Source: Bacillota bacterium
Lineage (GTDB): Bacteria; Bacillota; Clostridia; Acetivibrionales; JANLFN01
Direction of reading: 5' to 3'
NCBI GenBank assembly: GCA_023397675.1
Contig: JAEWTV010000128.1
Coordinates: 76,900 to 140,899, forward strand
DNA: 64,000 nucleotides
The translations under genes were made by a program, and so were the position numbers. The number at the start of each line of letters is the position of its first letter. The stretch's first letter is position 1. Below the pieces are notes generated by a model. That model searched no databases, was not told where the DNA came from, and was given only the letters and a program-made list of their open reading frames with translations. Below, one piece after another: positions 45,972 through 57,248 of the stretch.

Positions 45972-46397
45972 GTGGTATTTCTTCTTGCAATGTTCGGCAT
46001 GGTGTGCTGGGGGCTTGCTCCAGTCTTCGGAAAGCTTGGTTTATCAAACGTCAACCCTATTACCGGGCTGCTGATAAGAACTTATATGGCGGCTGGCCTG
46101 TTGACAATATGGGTAATATTTAATGGCCTTGGTTCCACCTTTGCCCAGGTAAAAACTATAAGTTGGCAAACCTGGCTTTTCATCGGCATAGAAGGAATAT
46201 TGGCAACTCTTGTCGGTGATTTGGCATATTATGCTGCATTGAAGCATGGTGAAGTATCCTTTGTAACACTGGTTATGTCTTGTTCGCCGCTAATTAGTAT
46301 GCTTATGGCAACGTTTATTTTGGGGGAACATATCACACTCACCAGAACTCTTGGAAGCATCATGATAGTTGGCGGTCTTGTACTTATTATGAAATAA
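45972..46397 (+). CDS. Small EamA/DMT-superfamily transporter (single EamA domain, 141 aa)
   Basis: Four to five TM helices and an EamA-like GDLAYYAALKHGEVS segment. GGAGG lies upstream of GTG 45972. Confidence 0.7.
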   Translation: MVFLLAMFGMVCWGLAPVFGKLGLSNVNPITGLLIRTYMAAGLLTIWVIFNGLGSTFAQVKTISWQTWLFIGIEGILATLVGDLAYYAALKHGEVSFVTLVMSCSPLISMLMATFILGEHITLTRTLGSIMIVGGLVLIMK

Positions 46398-46444
46398 TTT
46401 TTCTCTTTTTTCACTCGTAATTGCACTCCTTCATATTATATTAC

Positions 46445-46529
46445 ATAAGTTGAATTAAATATTTTAATATGCATCATAGCTCTTAATGCCGGCCATGATG
46501 GTATGATAAATGATTTTAATTCAACTTAT
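46445..46529 (+). other. Long hairpin element 1 in the decarboxylase leader
   Basis: Perfect 15-bp arms ATAAGTTGAATTAAA (46445-46459) and TTTAATTCAACTTAT (46515-46529), with an inner CATCAT/ATGATG stem. Confidence 0.45.
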
Positions 46530-46542
46530 TACATCTGTAATA

Positions 46543-46623
46543 GGATAAGGTAAATTCTGATTTGATGTCCATTTGCATTTGGCTTCTGAAATGCAAATGA
46601 TGTATAAGAAATTTACTTTATCC
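46543..46623 (+). other. Long hairpin element 2 in the decarboxylase leader
   Basis: 14-bp outer stem (46543-46556 / 46610-46623, including one G-U that is valid only on the plus strand). Perfect 10-bp inner stem ATTTGCATTT/AAATGCAAAT (46571-46580 / 46589-46598). Confidence 0.45.
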
Positions 46624-46704
46624 TATATAGCGTGGAATAAATTGAAGTTAAGTTAACTGAAAATTCTATGCTGTATATGCTATTTTGTTTAAGGTCTTGA
46701 AGGG

Positions 46705-48171
46705 GTGATTTGGTTGCTAAAACTTGATCAGAACCGTACTCCGCTGTTTGATGCAGTAAGAAAGTATGTTGATGATAAGGTTGTACAGTTTCATGTTCCT
46801 GGTCATAAACAGGGCAGAGGAATAAAGGAGTTAAAGGATTACATAGGCGAAAAAGCACTTCAAATGGACGCAAATGGTATGGATGACCTTGATTATGCAA
46901 ATAATCCTACGGGTGTAATTTTTGAAGCTGAAAAACTTCTTGCATACGCTTTCGGCGCACAGAACGCATACTTCCTGGTTAATGGCACAACAGCAGGGGT
47001 ACAAGCAATGATAATGAGTGCCTGTGAACCGGGGGATAAAATAATCATTCCAAGAAATGCGCATAAGTCAACAATAGGCGGAATAATTCTCAGTGGCGCA
47101 ATGCCTGTATATATACAGCCTGAAATTAATGAAGCTTTAGGTATTGCAATGGGGGTTACTGTTGAAAGCGTTAAGAAGGCTATTAAGGATAACCCGCACT
47201 CAAAGGCAATCTTTTTAATAAATCCTACATATTATGGAGCTTCATCAGATCTCAAATCAATTGTTAGAATTGCACATAGACATGAAATTGCAGTACTTGT
47301 TGATGAAGCACATGGTGCACATATGTCCTTTCATGATGACTTCCCGCTAACGGCAATGGAGGTTGGGGCGGACATGAGTGCAGCAAGTATTCATAAGACA
47401 GGCGGTTCGCTAACGCAGAGTTCAGTTCTGCTGCTAAGAAGCAACATGATTACCCCTGAAAAGGTAAAGCAGGTTTTAAACCTTACTACAACATCAAGTT
47501 GTTCATACTTACTTATGTGTTCACTGGATATTGCAAGGAAACAGCTTGCAACCTGTGGGAGCGACATGCTGGAAGATACCTTGAAGCTGGCAAGATGGGC
47601 AAGGGATGAAATAAACAAAATTGAAGGTGTATATTCATTCGGAAAAGAATTGATAGGCACACCAGGTGTATACGACTTTGATGAGACAAAGCTTGGGATT
47701 AATGTTCAAGGGCTTGGTTATACGGGCTATCAAATGGAAACCAAACTTCGCAGGGAATATAACATTCAGATAGAGCTTTCTGATTTGTATAACATATTGG
47801 CCATTGTAAGTATCGGAGACCGTAAAGAGGATTTGGAGGCACTAATTAAAGCATTAAAGGACATATCTTCAAAAACCGAAATAAAGCAGCCGGAAAAGGG
47901 CGTTTTGGTTCCTCAGACACCAAAGATGATTGTATCCCCAAGGGATGCATTTTATAGCTCCAAAAAGGTAGTTCTTCTTGAAAAATCTGAGGGGGAAATA
48001 GCTGGTGAAATGGTAATGGCTTATCCTCCAGGAATACCTGTTATTTGTATGGGTGAAAGAATAAATAGAGATGTAATAGATTACATAAAGATTTTGAAGC
48101 AGCAAAAATGTGAATTGCAGGGTGCTGCAGATCCACATGTTGATTATATCAGGGTACTTGGCAGCGAGTAA
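46705..48171 (+). CDS. PLP-dependent Orn/Lys/Arg decarboxylase family protein (B. subtilis SpeA/YaaO-like)
   Basis: TPLFDAVRKYVDDKVVQFHVPGHKQG N-terminus and the PLP-lysine region SIHKTGGSLTQSS. Confidence 0.9.
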   Translation: MIWLLKLDQNRTPLFDAVRKYVDDKVVQFHVPGHKQGRGIKELKDYIGEKALQMDANGMDDLDYANNPTGVIFEAEKLLAYAFGAQNAYFLVNGTTAGVQAMIMSACEPGDKIIIPRNAHKSTIGGIILSGAMPVYIQPEINEALGIAMGVTVESVKKAIKDNPHSKAIFLINPTYYGASSDLKSIVRIAHRHEIAVLVDEAHGAHMSFHDDFPLTAMEVGADMSAASIHKTGGSLTQSSVLLLRSNMITPEKVKQVLNLTTTSSCSYLLMCSLDIARKQLATCGSDMLEDTLKLARWARDEINKIEGVYSFGKELIGTPGVYDFDETKLGINVQGLGYTGYQMETKLRREYNIQIELSDLYNILAIVSIGDRKEDLEALIKALKDISSKTEIKQPEKGVLVPQTPKMIVSPRDAFYSSKKVVLLEKSEGEIAGEMVMAYPPGIPVICMGERINRDVIDYIKILKQQKCELQGAADPHVDYIRVLGSE

Positions 48172-48474
48172 TTTAACAGGTTAAATTTTTATGGGCAGAA
48201 CAACTTAAATTCTGCCTTAATAACATGCATATATTATCCCTTGGCAAAATGCTAATAAAATGTACCAATGGGAAACATGGGTTTAGAATAAGTATTTCAA
48301 ACATTTTCTGATATTTTTCTTACTCCGTTTTAATAATATGTCGATTTAGCAGATTTGGCAATTTAATCTCAAATCCCTTATAGGAAAATATGCACCAAAT
48401 TTACTAAAAGAGAATAAACCGTACAAGCATTTAGTTGTACTATCTTTGGGTTCTAATGAATAAATTAGGACGGG

Positions 48475-51195
48475 GTGATATTATTGAAAGTCTTGGATAC
48501 ATTAGTAAGAAATATCGAAGAACATAACCGGAATTATAACGGTTTAAGCAAAAATGATGCAAGGCACAAACTCGAAAAATATGGCGCTAACACCATTGAA
48601 AAGAAAAAGAAGATTTCATCCATTAAGCTCTTGCTCCAACAATTTAGTGATTTCATGGTACTTATATTGATTGCGTCTACAGTAATATCAGCTTTTATGG
48701 GTGAAATTACCGAAGCTATCACCATTATCGCTATTGTTATTTTAAATGCAATTCTGGGTTTTGTTCAGGAATTCCGTACAGAAAAGACAATGGATGCACT
48801 TAAAAGCATGGCTGCTCCAGTGGCAAAGGTTATTAGGGAAGGCGTGCTCGAATTTATTCCGGCTGAAGAGATTGTTCCGGGAGATCTTATTGTAATTGAA
48901 GCAGGGGATAAGGTACCGGCCGATGCAACCTTAATAGATGCAAATAGTGTTCAGGTAGATGAATCCCTTTTGACAGGCGAATCTGTCCCGGCGGAAAAGA
49001 AGCCCATGCCGGAGAATGGAAAAGGCGCGAAAACCGAGAGTAGCGACAGTTCAATATATATGGGAACCATAGTTACATATGGAAGAGGTAAAGCAATAGT
49101 TCACTCTACAGGTATGAATACTGAAATGGGTAAAATCGCAGATATGATTCAGAGTGTGGAAGACGAACAAACTCCACTTCAGAAACGTCTTGCCTATCTG
49201 GGGAAATTTATAGTAGTTGGCTGCCTGGCAATATGTGCAGTAGTTTCAGTTACCGGTATATTGAGAGGGGAATCGGCATTCTCAATGATGCTTGCCGGTA
49301 TAAGTCTTGCTGTTGCTGCAGTGCCTGAAGGCTTACCGGCCATAGTAACCATAGCACTTGCATTAGGTGTTCAGCGTATGCTTAAGAAAAATGCGCTTAT
49401 ACGTAGACTTCCAGCTGTTGAAACCCTTGGCTGCGCAAGTGTAATCTGTTCAGATAAAACCGGAACACTTACTTTAAACCGCATGACGGTAAGAAAGATT
49501 TATGCTGGAGAAAACCTTGTTGAAATAAGGGATGACAAGGAACCTGGTGATGGGGTGTTTTGTTCAAATGGAAGAGCAGTCAATTCCGGCAAAAGCGGTG
49601 CACTAAGGCTTATTCTTGAAATAGGAGGCGTTTGCAACAATTCAGAGGTAAGAAAGCTTCCGCCCGAAGATGTAAAAGAACTTAACAAATTAAAATCGGT
49701 AGCAAAGAGGACGGATGTGTGGGAAGTTAATGGAGACCCTACCGAGGGAGCACTTTTGATTGCAGCATCAAAGTTCGGTCTCAGTTCAAAAGTACTTGGA
49801 GATTCATATTACAGAATAGATGAATTACCCTTTGATTCGGACAGAAAATGTATGTCAGTTATATGCGACAATCACAGGGGAGAAACCTTTGTATTTACAA
49901 AGGGAGCTCCGGATGAAATAATAAAAAAATGCAGCAGGATGATGACTTCAAAAGGACTAGTTGATATAAGTCCGGTGATGAGATCGGGAATCATGAGAGT
50001 AAACGACAGTATGGCTGCAGAAGCGTTAAGAGTTTTGGGATTTGCATACAGGAAGCTTGATTCAAGGGTTTTTAAGCATGATAAGGCTGAAGAAAATCTT
50101 GTTTTTGTAGGCCTTATGGGGATGATAGATCCTCCCAGAAAGGAAGCACAGGAAGCCGTAATTAAATGCAGATTGGCCGGAATCAAGCCTGTTATGATAA
50201 CAGGAGACCATAAAATTACTGCCAAGGCGATAGCAAAAGAGTTAAATATTTATAATGATGATGATAAGGTGCTGACAGGTCCCGATCTTGAGTTAATGAG
50301 CGAAAAACAGCTTGAAAAAGAGGCTCCCAATGTATCTGTATATGCAAGAGTATCGCCAAGACATAAGCTCATGATAGTAAGGGCTCTTAAAAAACAGGGC
50401 CATATAGTTGCAATGACAGGGGACGGAGTTAACGATGCACCTGCTGTCAAAGAAGCGGATATTGGTGTTTCTATGGGCATGACAGGTACAGATGTCACCA
50501 AAGAAGCATCTTCAATGATACTTTTGGATGATAATTTTGCAACTATTGTTTCAGCAGTAGAGGAAGGAAGAGTCATATATAATAATATAAGGAAGTTTAT
50601 CAGGTATATGCTATCCTGTAATCTTGGAGAAGTACTCACCATGTTTCTGGGTATGCTGGTAGGGCTTCCGATACCTCTGCTGCCCATTCAGATCCTATGG
50701 GTCAACCTTGTTACCGATGGATTACCTGCAATAGCGCTTGGACTTGACCCTCCAGAAAAAGACATTATGAAAGATTTTCCCAGGGGAGCAGGAGAAAGTA
50801 TATTCTCCCATGGGTTGCTTAAGCTGATTTTGGCAAGGGGAGTACTTATTGGTTTAAGTACGCTTGCCGTATTTATAAGTACACTGTATTTTACCGGAAG
50901 TATCGAGCGTGCAAGGACATCTGCTTTTGCAACACTTGTTTTAATTCAGCTGATACACGTATTTGAATGTAAGTCAGAGAAGAAAAACATATTTGATATA
51001 CCTATATTTAACAACCTTCCTTTAGTGTTTGCAGTAGCGTGTTCACTGGTGATGATATTTGGTGTTTTGTATATACCATTCCTTCAGGTTATATTTAACA
51101 CTGTTTCACTTACATTAAATGACTGGCTGATCATAGCGGGTTTTTCCACTGCTGGGCCTGTATTATCAAGTATGTTCAGAATACGCGGAACTTAG
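48475..51195 (+). CDS. P-type (type IIA, Ca2+-type) cation-transporting ATPase
   Basis: TGES, phosphorylation site [24 protein letters not shown], and a 10-TM topology. Confidence 0.92.
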   Translation: MILLKVLDTLVRNIEEHNRNYNGLSKNDARHKLEKYGANTIEKKKKISSIKLLLQQFSDFMVLILIASTVISAFMGEITEAITIIAIVILNAILGFVQEFRTEKTMDALKSMAAPVAKVIREGVLEFIPAEEIVPGDLIVIEAGDKVPADATLIDANSVQVDESLLTGESVPAEKKPMPENGKGAKTESSDSSIYMGTIVTYGRGKAIVHSTGMNTEMGKIADMIQSVEDEQTPLQKRLAYLGKFIVVGCLAICAVVSVTGILRGESAFSMMLAGISLAVAAVPEGLPAIVTIALALGVQRMLKKNALIRRLPAVETLGCASVICSDKTGTLTLNRMTVRKIYAGENLVEIRDDKEPGDGVFCSNGRAVNSGKSGALRLILEIGGVCNNSEVRKLPPEDVKELNKLKSVAKRTDVWEVNGDPTEGALLIAASKFGLSSKVLGDSYYRIDELPFDSDRKCMSVICDNHRGETFVFTKGAPDEIIKKCSRMMTSKGLVDISPVMRSGIMRVNDSMAAEALRVLGFAYRKLDSRVFKHDKAEENLVFVGLMGMIDPPRKEAQEAVIKCRLAGIKPVMITGDHKITAKAIAKELNIYNDDDKVLTGPDLELMSEKQLEKEAPNVSVYARVSPRHKLMIVRALKKQGHIVAMTGDGVNDAPAVKEADIGVSMGMTGTDVTKEASSMILLDDNFATIVSAVEEGRVIYNNIRKFIRYMLSCNLGEVLTMFLGMLVGLPIPLLPIQILWVNLVTDGLPAIALGLDPPEKDIMKDFPRGAGESIFSHGLLKLILARGVLIGLSTLAVFISTLYFTGSIERARTSAFATLVLIQLIHVFECKSEKKNIFDIPIFNNLPLVFAVACSLVMIFGVLYIPFLQVIFNTVSLTLNDWLIIAGFSTAGPVLSSMFRIRGT

Positions 51196-51211
51196 ATCCA
51201 AGCTGTAAAGG

Positions 51212-51244
51212 AAGGGCTGTAGCATGTTGACTGCAGCCCTTTTG
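51212..51244 (+). terminator. Intrinsic terminator
   Basis: GGGCTGTAG/CTGCAGCCC stem (one wobble) followed by TTTT. Confidence 0.7.
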
Positions 51245-51271
51245 GCATTGATAAAGGGCAATTTCTTACAC

Positions 51272-51300
51272 TTGAAAACTGGCAGAAAAAAATATATAAT
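51272..51300 (+). promoter_or_regulatory. Sigma-A type promoter of the ABC/GldG operon
   Basis: TTGAAA (51272-51277), 17-nt spacer, TATAAT (51295-51300). Confidence 0.5.
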
Positions 51301-51487
51301 GTACTATGCATTTTAGGCAATTGAAATACTGCCGTATTAGATTAAGTCTACAATTTCAATTTAAGTTACAATTCGTTCATAAATTATTCAAAAATTTTAT
51401 GGATAATGGTAATTGCGGATATACTGTAGAATTGTCTTAGTAAAGGCTTTAGTTTTACATCAGATCTGAAATGTAAGGGGGAGTAAG

Positions 51488-52435
51488 ATGATAGAGATAC
51501 AGAACCTGTCCAAGAACTATGGTCAAATCAAAGCTGTTAAAAATCTTAATTTCACAGTTGAAAAAGGTGAAATCCTTGGTTTCCTTGGCCCAAATGGTGC
51601 AGGAAAGTCAACAACCATGAATATGATAACAGGCTTTGTTCCTTCAACTGAAGGAACTGTTAAGGTTTGCGGCTATGATATTACAAAAGAACCCGAAGAG
51701 GTTAAAAAGCGTATCGGTTATATGCCTGAACTTCCGCCGCTCTATTTGGATATGACAGTAAAGGAATATCTTACCTTTATATCTGAATTGAAGCAGGTTG
51801 AGAGGGGTAAAAGAAAAAGCCAGATCTCCGATATAATGGAGCTTATAAAAATAACCCATGTTAAGGGCAGATTGGTAAAAAACCTTTCAAAGGGTTACAA
51901 GCAGAGGGTTGGCTTGGCTGGTGCACTTATCGGAAATCCTGATGTACTTGTCTTGGACGAGCCTACAGTAGGTCTTGACCCCAAGCAGATTATTGAAATA
52001 AGAAAGCTTATAAAAGCACTTGGAAAAGAGCACACAATAATTCTCAGTTCGCATATACTTCCTGAAGTTAGCGCAGTTTGCGAGCGCGTCGTAATTATCA
52101 ATAAGGGTGAAATCGCTGCTATTGATACACCAGAAAACCTTTCTAAAGGATTCAATTCAGCTTCAAGACTTTCAGTAACGGTTGCAGGACCTAAAAAGAG
52201 TATAATGAGCGGTATCAGAGATATTTACGGTGTAAAGAATGTTGAGGAAAACATAGAAAAGGAAAAAGATATCGTCAATTATATAATTGAGTCTGATAAT
52301 GAAATAGATATCAGACGTCCGTTGTTCTTTGCAATGGCCAAGCTCGGATATCCTATTATTGAGCTTAAATCAATGGATATGACTCTTGAAGACATATTCC
52401 TCCAGATTACAACCGAAGAGAAGGAGGTTATCTGA
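51488..52435 (+). CDS. ABC transporter ATP-binding protein
   Basis: Walker A GPNGAGKST, signature LSKGYKQR, Walker B VLVLDEPTVGLD. Confidence 0.9.
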   Translation: MIEIQNLSKNYGQIKAVKNLNFTVEKGEILGFLGPNGAGKSTTMNMITGFVPSTEGTVKVCGYDITKEPEEVKKRIGYMPELPPLYLDMTVKEYLTFISELKQVERGKRKSQISDIMELIKITHVKGRLVKNLSKGYKQRVGLAGALIGNPDVLVLDEPTVGLDPKQIIEIRKLIKALGKEHTIILSSHILPEVSAVCERVVIINKGEIAAIDTPENLSKGFNSASRLSVTVAGPKKSIMSGIRDIYGVKNVEENIEKEKDIVNYIIESDNEIDIRRPLFFAMAKLGYPIIELKSMDMTLEDIFLQITTEEKEVI

Positions 52436-53136
52436 TGTTTGCAATATTTAAAAGAGAGTTGAAGTCTTATTTTTATTCACCTATTGCATATGTATTAATA
52501 GGCTTGTTTATTCTAATATCCTCTTTTGTTTTCCGTTCCAACCTGACAGGTGGGTATGGAGGATTTAACGATAATCTTAATACCATGGGTTTGATTCTTG
52601 TATTTATAATTCCAATACTGACAATGAAGTTGCTTGCTGAAGATAAAAAGAACGGTACGGAAGTTCTTTTAGTTACATCACCTGTAAAGCTTACCGGAAT
52701 AGTAGTTGGAAAATATATGGCTGCTTTGATTGTTTTTCTGTTAATGGTAATTGTTACACTTATTTATCCAATAGTACTTGCAATTTACGGTGCTCCAATT
52801 ACAGCACAGATAATAGGCGGATATATAGGGTTTATTCTTATGGGTGCTGCTTTTGTAGCAGTAGGAGTATTTGCTTCCTCATTAACTGAAAACCAGGTTA
52901 TATCGGCGGTAGTTGGTTTTGTAAGTTTGTTGCTTATGTATGTGTTTAATCTTGGCACAAGCTTTGGAGGCATTCTTTCCGAGGTATTAGGCTGGCTGTC
53001 CCTTTTCACCCGCTATGAGAAAATTAACAGCGGTGTATTCGATATTAGCACAATAGTGTATTTCCTTAGCTTTATAGGGATATTCCTATTCCTAACAGTA
53101 AGAATAATTGACAAAAAACGCTGGAGTCAGGGGTGA
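52435..53136 (+). CDS. ABC-2 family transporter permease
   Basis: Six-TM profile; start codon overlaps the ATPase stop. Confidence 0.8.
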   Translation: MFAIFKRELKSYFYSPIAYVLIGLFILISSFVFRSNLTGGYGGFNDNLNTMGLILVFIIPILTMKLLAEDKKNGTEVLLVTSPVKLTGIVVGKYMAALIVFLLMVIVTLIYPIVLAIYGAPITAQIIGGYIGFILMGAAFVAVGVFASSLTENQVISAVVGFVSLLLMYVFNLGTSFGGILSEVLGWLSLFTRYEKINSGVFDISTIVYFLSFIGIFLFLTVRIIDKKRWSQG

Positions 53137-53142
53137 TGAATA

Positions 53143-54597
53143 ATGAGCAAATCAGAAAATAAGCTGGCAAAGTTTTTTACCAGCAAGAGTGTTAGATATG
53201 GCACCTTTTCATTTGTAATTATTGCGGTAGTTATAGCAATAACCATATTAATAAATGCGCTTATTGGAATGGCAGGTATTAAGCTGGATTTAACTTCAAG
53301 CAAAATGTATTCAATAAGTGACGAATCAGTTAAGATATTGGAGGCTGTAAATAAGGAAGTAACAATTTATGGCTTGTTTGATGATACAAAGTATGGCAGC
53401 GGTAATGGGCATACAATAGCTGTGGATTTGCTTAAACAATATGCAAAGTATAAGAATATAAAGGTTGAGTATGTTGATACAGATAAAAACCCTGGATTTA
53501 TTAAATCCCTTGATCCATCAAACCTTTATAAACTCCAAAAGGATGACTTTGTTATTAAGTGTGGTAAAAAAATAAAGGTAATCTCGGGAGCAGAACTTTT
53601 CCAGGAAAATTATGACCAGAATACACAACAGTCAAACGGATATCTGAATTATGCGGAACCGGATATAACAGGTGCAATTAAATATGTCACTTCCGACAAA
53701 AACCCGACAGTATATTTCCTGCAGGGACATGGAGAAGGTGACCTAAATACTGTATATCCTGCCCTTAAATCACTTTTGGCTAACAATAATTTCGATGTAA
53801 AAACATTAAGCCTGCTTACTGAATCAAAGGTACCGGATGATGCTTCGATTATTATTGCAGCTTCTCCTGCAAGTGACCTGGCATCAGTTGAAGAAGGAAA
53901 AATCAAGTCTTACCTTAACGATGGTGGTAAAGCAATATTCATGTTTGATGCTAATCAGAACGGAACTCAGTTACCTATATTTGAACGTGTAATGGAAAAT
54001 TACAATATAGGAATAAACTACGATATTATCAAGGAAACAGATGAAAACAGGCATTTGCCGAATCTTGTGTATGATATAATTCCTGATGTACAAAAAACCG
54101 GTATAACCGGAGATGCATCAAATGTATTTATGCATAATGCAAGAAGTCTGAAGATTCTGAAGAACACCAAGGAATGGCTTACAGTAACTTCCCTCATAAG
54201 CACTTCAAAAGCTGCTGTTGGTGAAAGGATTGACAAGAGTAAGGGAGCTGATACCTCAGGACGTTTGGATGTTGCAGTTTCAGCAGAGGTTAAAGGATCA
54301 AATGAATCCAAGATGACAAGGCTGCTGGTAATAGGTGATGGAAACTTCCTGTCTGACGAGGCGTTAAGCCAGTACGGCCAATATGCAAATTACAATTTAA
54401 ACTTCTTTATGAGTGCAGTTAACTGGATGAGAGGCACCCAGACTGATACTGTTATACAACCAAAGACATTTAACAATGAAAGTATAGTGGTTTCCAGTTC
54501 TTCAGTTACTTTTATGAGTATACTTCTAATTGCAGTACTTCCTATCCTGATTTTAGGAATTGGAACTGTTGTTTGGCTTAGAAGGAGGCATCTATGA
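53143..54597 (+). CDS. GldG-like auxiliary component of an ABC-type uncharacterized transport system
   Basis: N- and C-terminal TM anchors flank a large external domain. This is the typical third gene of ABC-2/GldG/DUF4340 clusters. Confidence 0.75.
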   Translation: MSKSENKLAKFFTSKSVRYGTFSFVIIAVVIAITILINALIGMAGIKLDLTSSKMYSISDESVKILEAVNKEVTIYGLFDDTKYGSGNGHTIAVDLLKQYAKYKNIKVEYVDTDKNPGFIKSLDPSNLYKLQKDDFVIKCGKKIKVISGAELFQENYDQNTQQSNGYLNYAEPDITGAIKYVTSDKNPTVYFLQGHGEGDLNTVYPALKSLLANNNFDVKTLSLLTESKVPDDASIIIAASPASDLASVEEGKIKSYLNDGGKAIFMFDANQNGTQLPIFERVMENYNIGINYDIIKETDENRHLPNLVYDIIPDVQKTGITGDASNVFMHNARSLKILKNTKEWLTVTSLISTSKAAVGERIDKSKGADTSGRLDVAVSAEVKGSNESKMTRLLVIGDGNFLSDEALSQYGQYANYNLNFFMSAVNWMRGTQTDTVIQPKTFNNESIVVSSSSVTFMSILLIAVLPILILGIGTVVWLRRRHL

Positions 54598-55958
54598 AAT
54601 CTTACAAGATTGCGATTATACTTGTTGTCATTCTGGGTATACTCGCTTGTGCGTACCTTATAATTAAGGGGAACAAAGATTCAACTATAGCTGAACAGGA
54701 CATAAAGGTAATAAATTTGAGTAAGGAATCATTCAGTGAAGTAAATATCAAAACTAAGGATGCAAATTTCATATTTACAAAAAAGGGTCAGTCATGGACA
54801 ATGACTTCTCCTAATTCTTTTGAAGCTGATGTGACAAAGATAGACAGTGTTATTGAAAACTTATCATCCCTGACAGCATTAAGAGCAGTAGAAGATAGTG
54901 CATCAGATGTTGCAAAATACGGGCTTGATAAACCATCTGCGATTATTACAATTAAAGCAGCAGGTGTTAATCCTATTGTTGTAAATATTGGTGATAAGAA
55001 TTCTGTAGGTGATGGCACATACGTTAACTTGGGCAATAGCAATAAGATTTATTTGATAAGCGCAGTAATAGGTGACAGGTTAAGCATAAAAGTAAATGAT
55101 TTAAGAAAGATTGGGCTTTTTCCTTTCACGAGTGACGAAATAACTTCGTATACACTGGAAAAGTCCGGGAAAGTTCAATACAAAATCATAAAAACCGGTG
55201 AAAAGACCTGGAAGATTACAGTTCCTGTAGAAGTTGCTGCTGATTCGCCTTCAATGCCGGATATAATGGATAAGATTTTAAGTATTAAAACAATACAAGT
55301 TATTGAAAATGATGCCAAAGATCTTGCAAAGTATGGTTTGAATACCCCTTCTTATGCGGTGGAGTTAACTGGAACATCAAAAACAGTTAAGCTGCTTTTT
55401 GGTGGGGAAGACTCTGAAACGGCCAGGGTTTATGTTAAACTGTCTGACTCAAAAGAAGTTTATTCAGTTTCTCTTGAAAACCTGGATTTCCTTGATAAAC
55501 CTTTAAAGGAAGTAATGGATCCTTTTGTATATATCGCTGATATCAGTACTGTAAGTAATCTTGAAATTGATATGGATAGCTATAAGATGAATGCTGAAAT
55601 GAAATGCGATACTCAAGATACCACAAAGGATAAGATTACTGTTAACGGTAAGGATGTAAGCCAGGTTAAGGATAATAATTATCCGCTGTTCAGAAAGCTT
55701 TATGAAGTCATGTCGAATATGCCAATCGATGATGTTGACTTGAATGCAAAACCTTCAGGAAAAGCAGATATAACCATTACTTACAAGGACAAAAGCGGAA
55801 CTACCAAAATTGAGTTTATACCAAGAGATAATGATTATTATTACGCTGTGGTTAATGGTAAATATACAGGTAATCTAATATTCAAAAAGCAGTTTGATAA
55901 GGAAGATGGTGTTAGGGCAACACTTAAAAAGCTTATGGATGTAGTAAATAAAAAATAA
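54594..55958 (+). CDS. DUF4340-like protein
   Basis: N-terminal anchor and repeated ..AKYGL(D/N)(K/T)PS.. segments characteristic of DUF4340. 4-nt overlap with the GldG-like gene. Confidence 0.7.
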   Translation: MKSYKIAIILVVILGILACAYLIIKGNKDSTIAEQDIKVINLSKESFSEVNIKTKDANFIFTKKGQSWTMTSPNSFEADVTKIDSVIENLSSLTALRAVEDSASDVAKYGLDKPSAIITIKAAGVNPIVVNIGDKNSVGDGTYVNLGNSNKIYLISAVIGDRLSIKVNDLRKIGLFPFTSDEITSYTLEKSGKVQYKIIKTGEKTWKITVPVEVAADSPSMPDIMDKILSIKTIQVIENDAKDLAKYGLNTPSYAVELTGTSKTVKLLFGGEDSETARVYVKLSDSKEVYSVSLENLDFLDKPLKEVMDPFVYIADISTVSNLEIDMDSYKMNAEMKCDTQDTTKDKITVNGKDVSQVKDNNYPLFRKLYEVMSNMPIDDVDLNAKPSGKADITITYKDKSGTTKIEFIPRDNDYYYAVVNGKYTGNLIFKKQFDKEDGVRATLKKLMDVVNKK

Positions 55959-55974
55959 TTAATGGATTTAATAG

Positions 55975-56010
55975 AACCGGGAATGTTTAGACATTCCTGG
56001 TTTTTCTTTT
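55975..56010 (+). terminator. Intrinsic terminator
   Basis: ACCGGGAATGT/ACATTCCTGGT stem (one G-U) followed by a T-run. Confidence 0.8.
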
Positions 56011-56065
56011 TTCATGCGGAATCTATGAAACAACTTCATCATAGAATTTATACAGAGCATTAGAT

Positions 56066-57181
56066 TTGTTGAATTTAAGCGGGGTTATTTCATTGAAGGA
56101 AAGCTTTAAAAATATATTGAAAATTGCGTGTATGTACACTGCGACAATAATAGGGGCAGGTTTTGCTTCGGGGCAGGAAATTGTGCAGTTTTTCACGGGG
56201 TACTTTAAGGGAGGGTACTATGGAATAATTACAGCAGGAGTACTTTTTGCCATAATTGGCGCTATAGTGCTTGATAAGGTTTATAGAGGCAGAATACGGA
56301 ATTATGAAGAGTTCATTTTCCCTTCGGTCGGCTGGTTTATGGGCTGGGTAATGGAAATTGCATCAACAGTTTTTATGATTTCGGTTTTTTGTGTAATGAT
56401 GGCAGGGATGGGGAATATAGTACAGGAAAAGCTTGGAATACCAATGATATATGGTATTGTAACCATGGCTGTATTATGTATGATTGTAATTCTGACCGAT
56501 ATAAATGGAATAGTATCACTAAGCGCAATAGTCACACCCATTATGATATTCGGTATAATTTTCATTGGAATATATATAATCCTATGTAGGGATACCGCTG
56601 TTTTTAATGTTATGAATGTAGTTAAATCATCTACTGATAACTGGTTCTTTTCATCACTTCTGTATGTTAGCTATAATTCCATTATTGCCATAAATGTAAT
56701 GTGTAGTCTTCTGCCTTATATGAAAACGCGCCGTACCGGAATAGCAGGAGGTCTACTTGGAGGAGTATTTTTATGTGGGGTTGCTCTTATTCTTAACTCT
56801 GCAATTATGATTTTTGCTCCAGGCTCACTCGCGCATGAGCTTCCGGTCATGGAAATAGTAAAAAGATATGGAGGGATTGCCAGTATTTTATATACAATGG
56901 TTCTATGGCTTGCAATGTTCCTGTCTGCCGCAACCTCCGGTTACTGCTTTATAGGTAAGATATCAAGTAGGGTTAAAATTAACACAAAGATTATTGCTGC
57001 AGTAATATGTGCTCTCGTAATACCTCTATCCAGTATGGGTTTTTCTAATTTAATTGCTACAATCTATCCTGTCTTTGGCTACATTGGGTTATTCCTTGTA
57101 TTTGTTGTATTATTCCAGGGCCTGTCTACTGCATTTTCAAAAACGTTACTAGGCTTAAAACGGTTAAAAAATTATAGGTAG
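56066..57181 (+). CDS. YkvI-family polytopic membrane protein (amino-acid-permease-like fold)
   Basis: TATIIGAGFASGQEIVQFF motif and about 11 TM segments. The start (TTG 56066) is uncertain. Confidence 0.7.
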   Translation: MLNLSGVISLKESFKNILKIACMYTATIIGAGFASGQEIVQFFTGYFKGGYYGIITAGVLFAIIGAIVLDKVYRGRIRNYEEFIFPSVGWFMGWVMEIASTVFMISVFCVMMAGMGNIVQEKLGIPMIYGIVTMAVLCMIVILTDINGIVSLSAIVTPIMIFGIIFIGIYIILCRDTAVFNVMNVVKSSTDNWFFSSLLYVSYNSIIAINVMCSLLPYMKTRRTGIAGGLLGGVFLCGVALILNSAIMIFAPGSLAHELPVMEIVKRYGGIASILYTMVLWLAMFLSAATSGYCFIGKISSRVKINTKIIAAVICALVIPLSSMGFSNLIATIYPVFGYIGLFLVFVVLFQGLSTAFSKTLLGLKRLKNYR

Positions 57182-57248
57182 CAAGGTAAACTGCAAGTAT
57201 GATAAAATAAATCTGTTAATTACAAATGATAACTGGGGTGAACACGGT

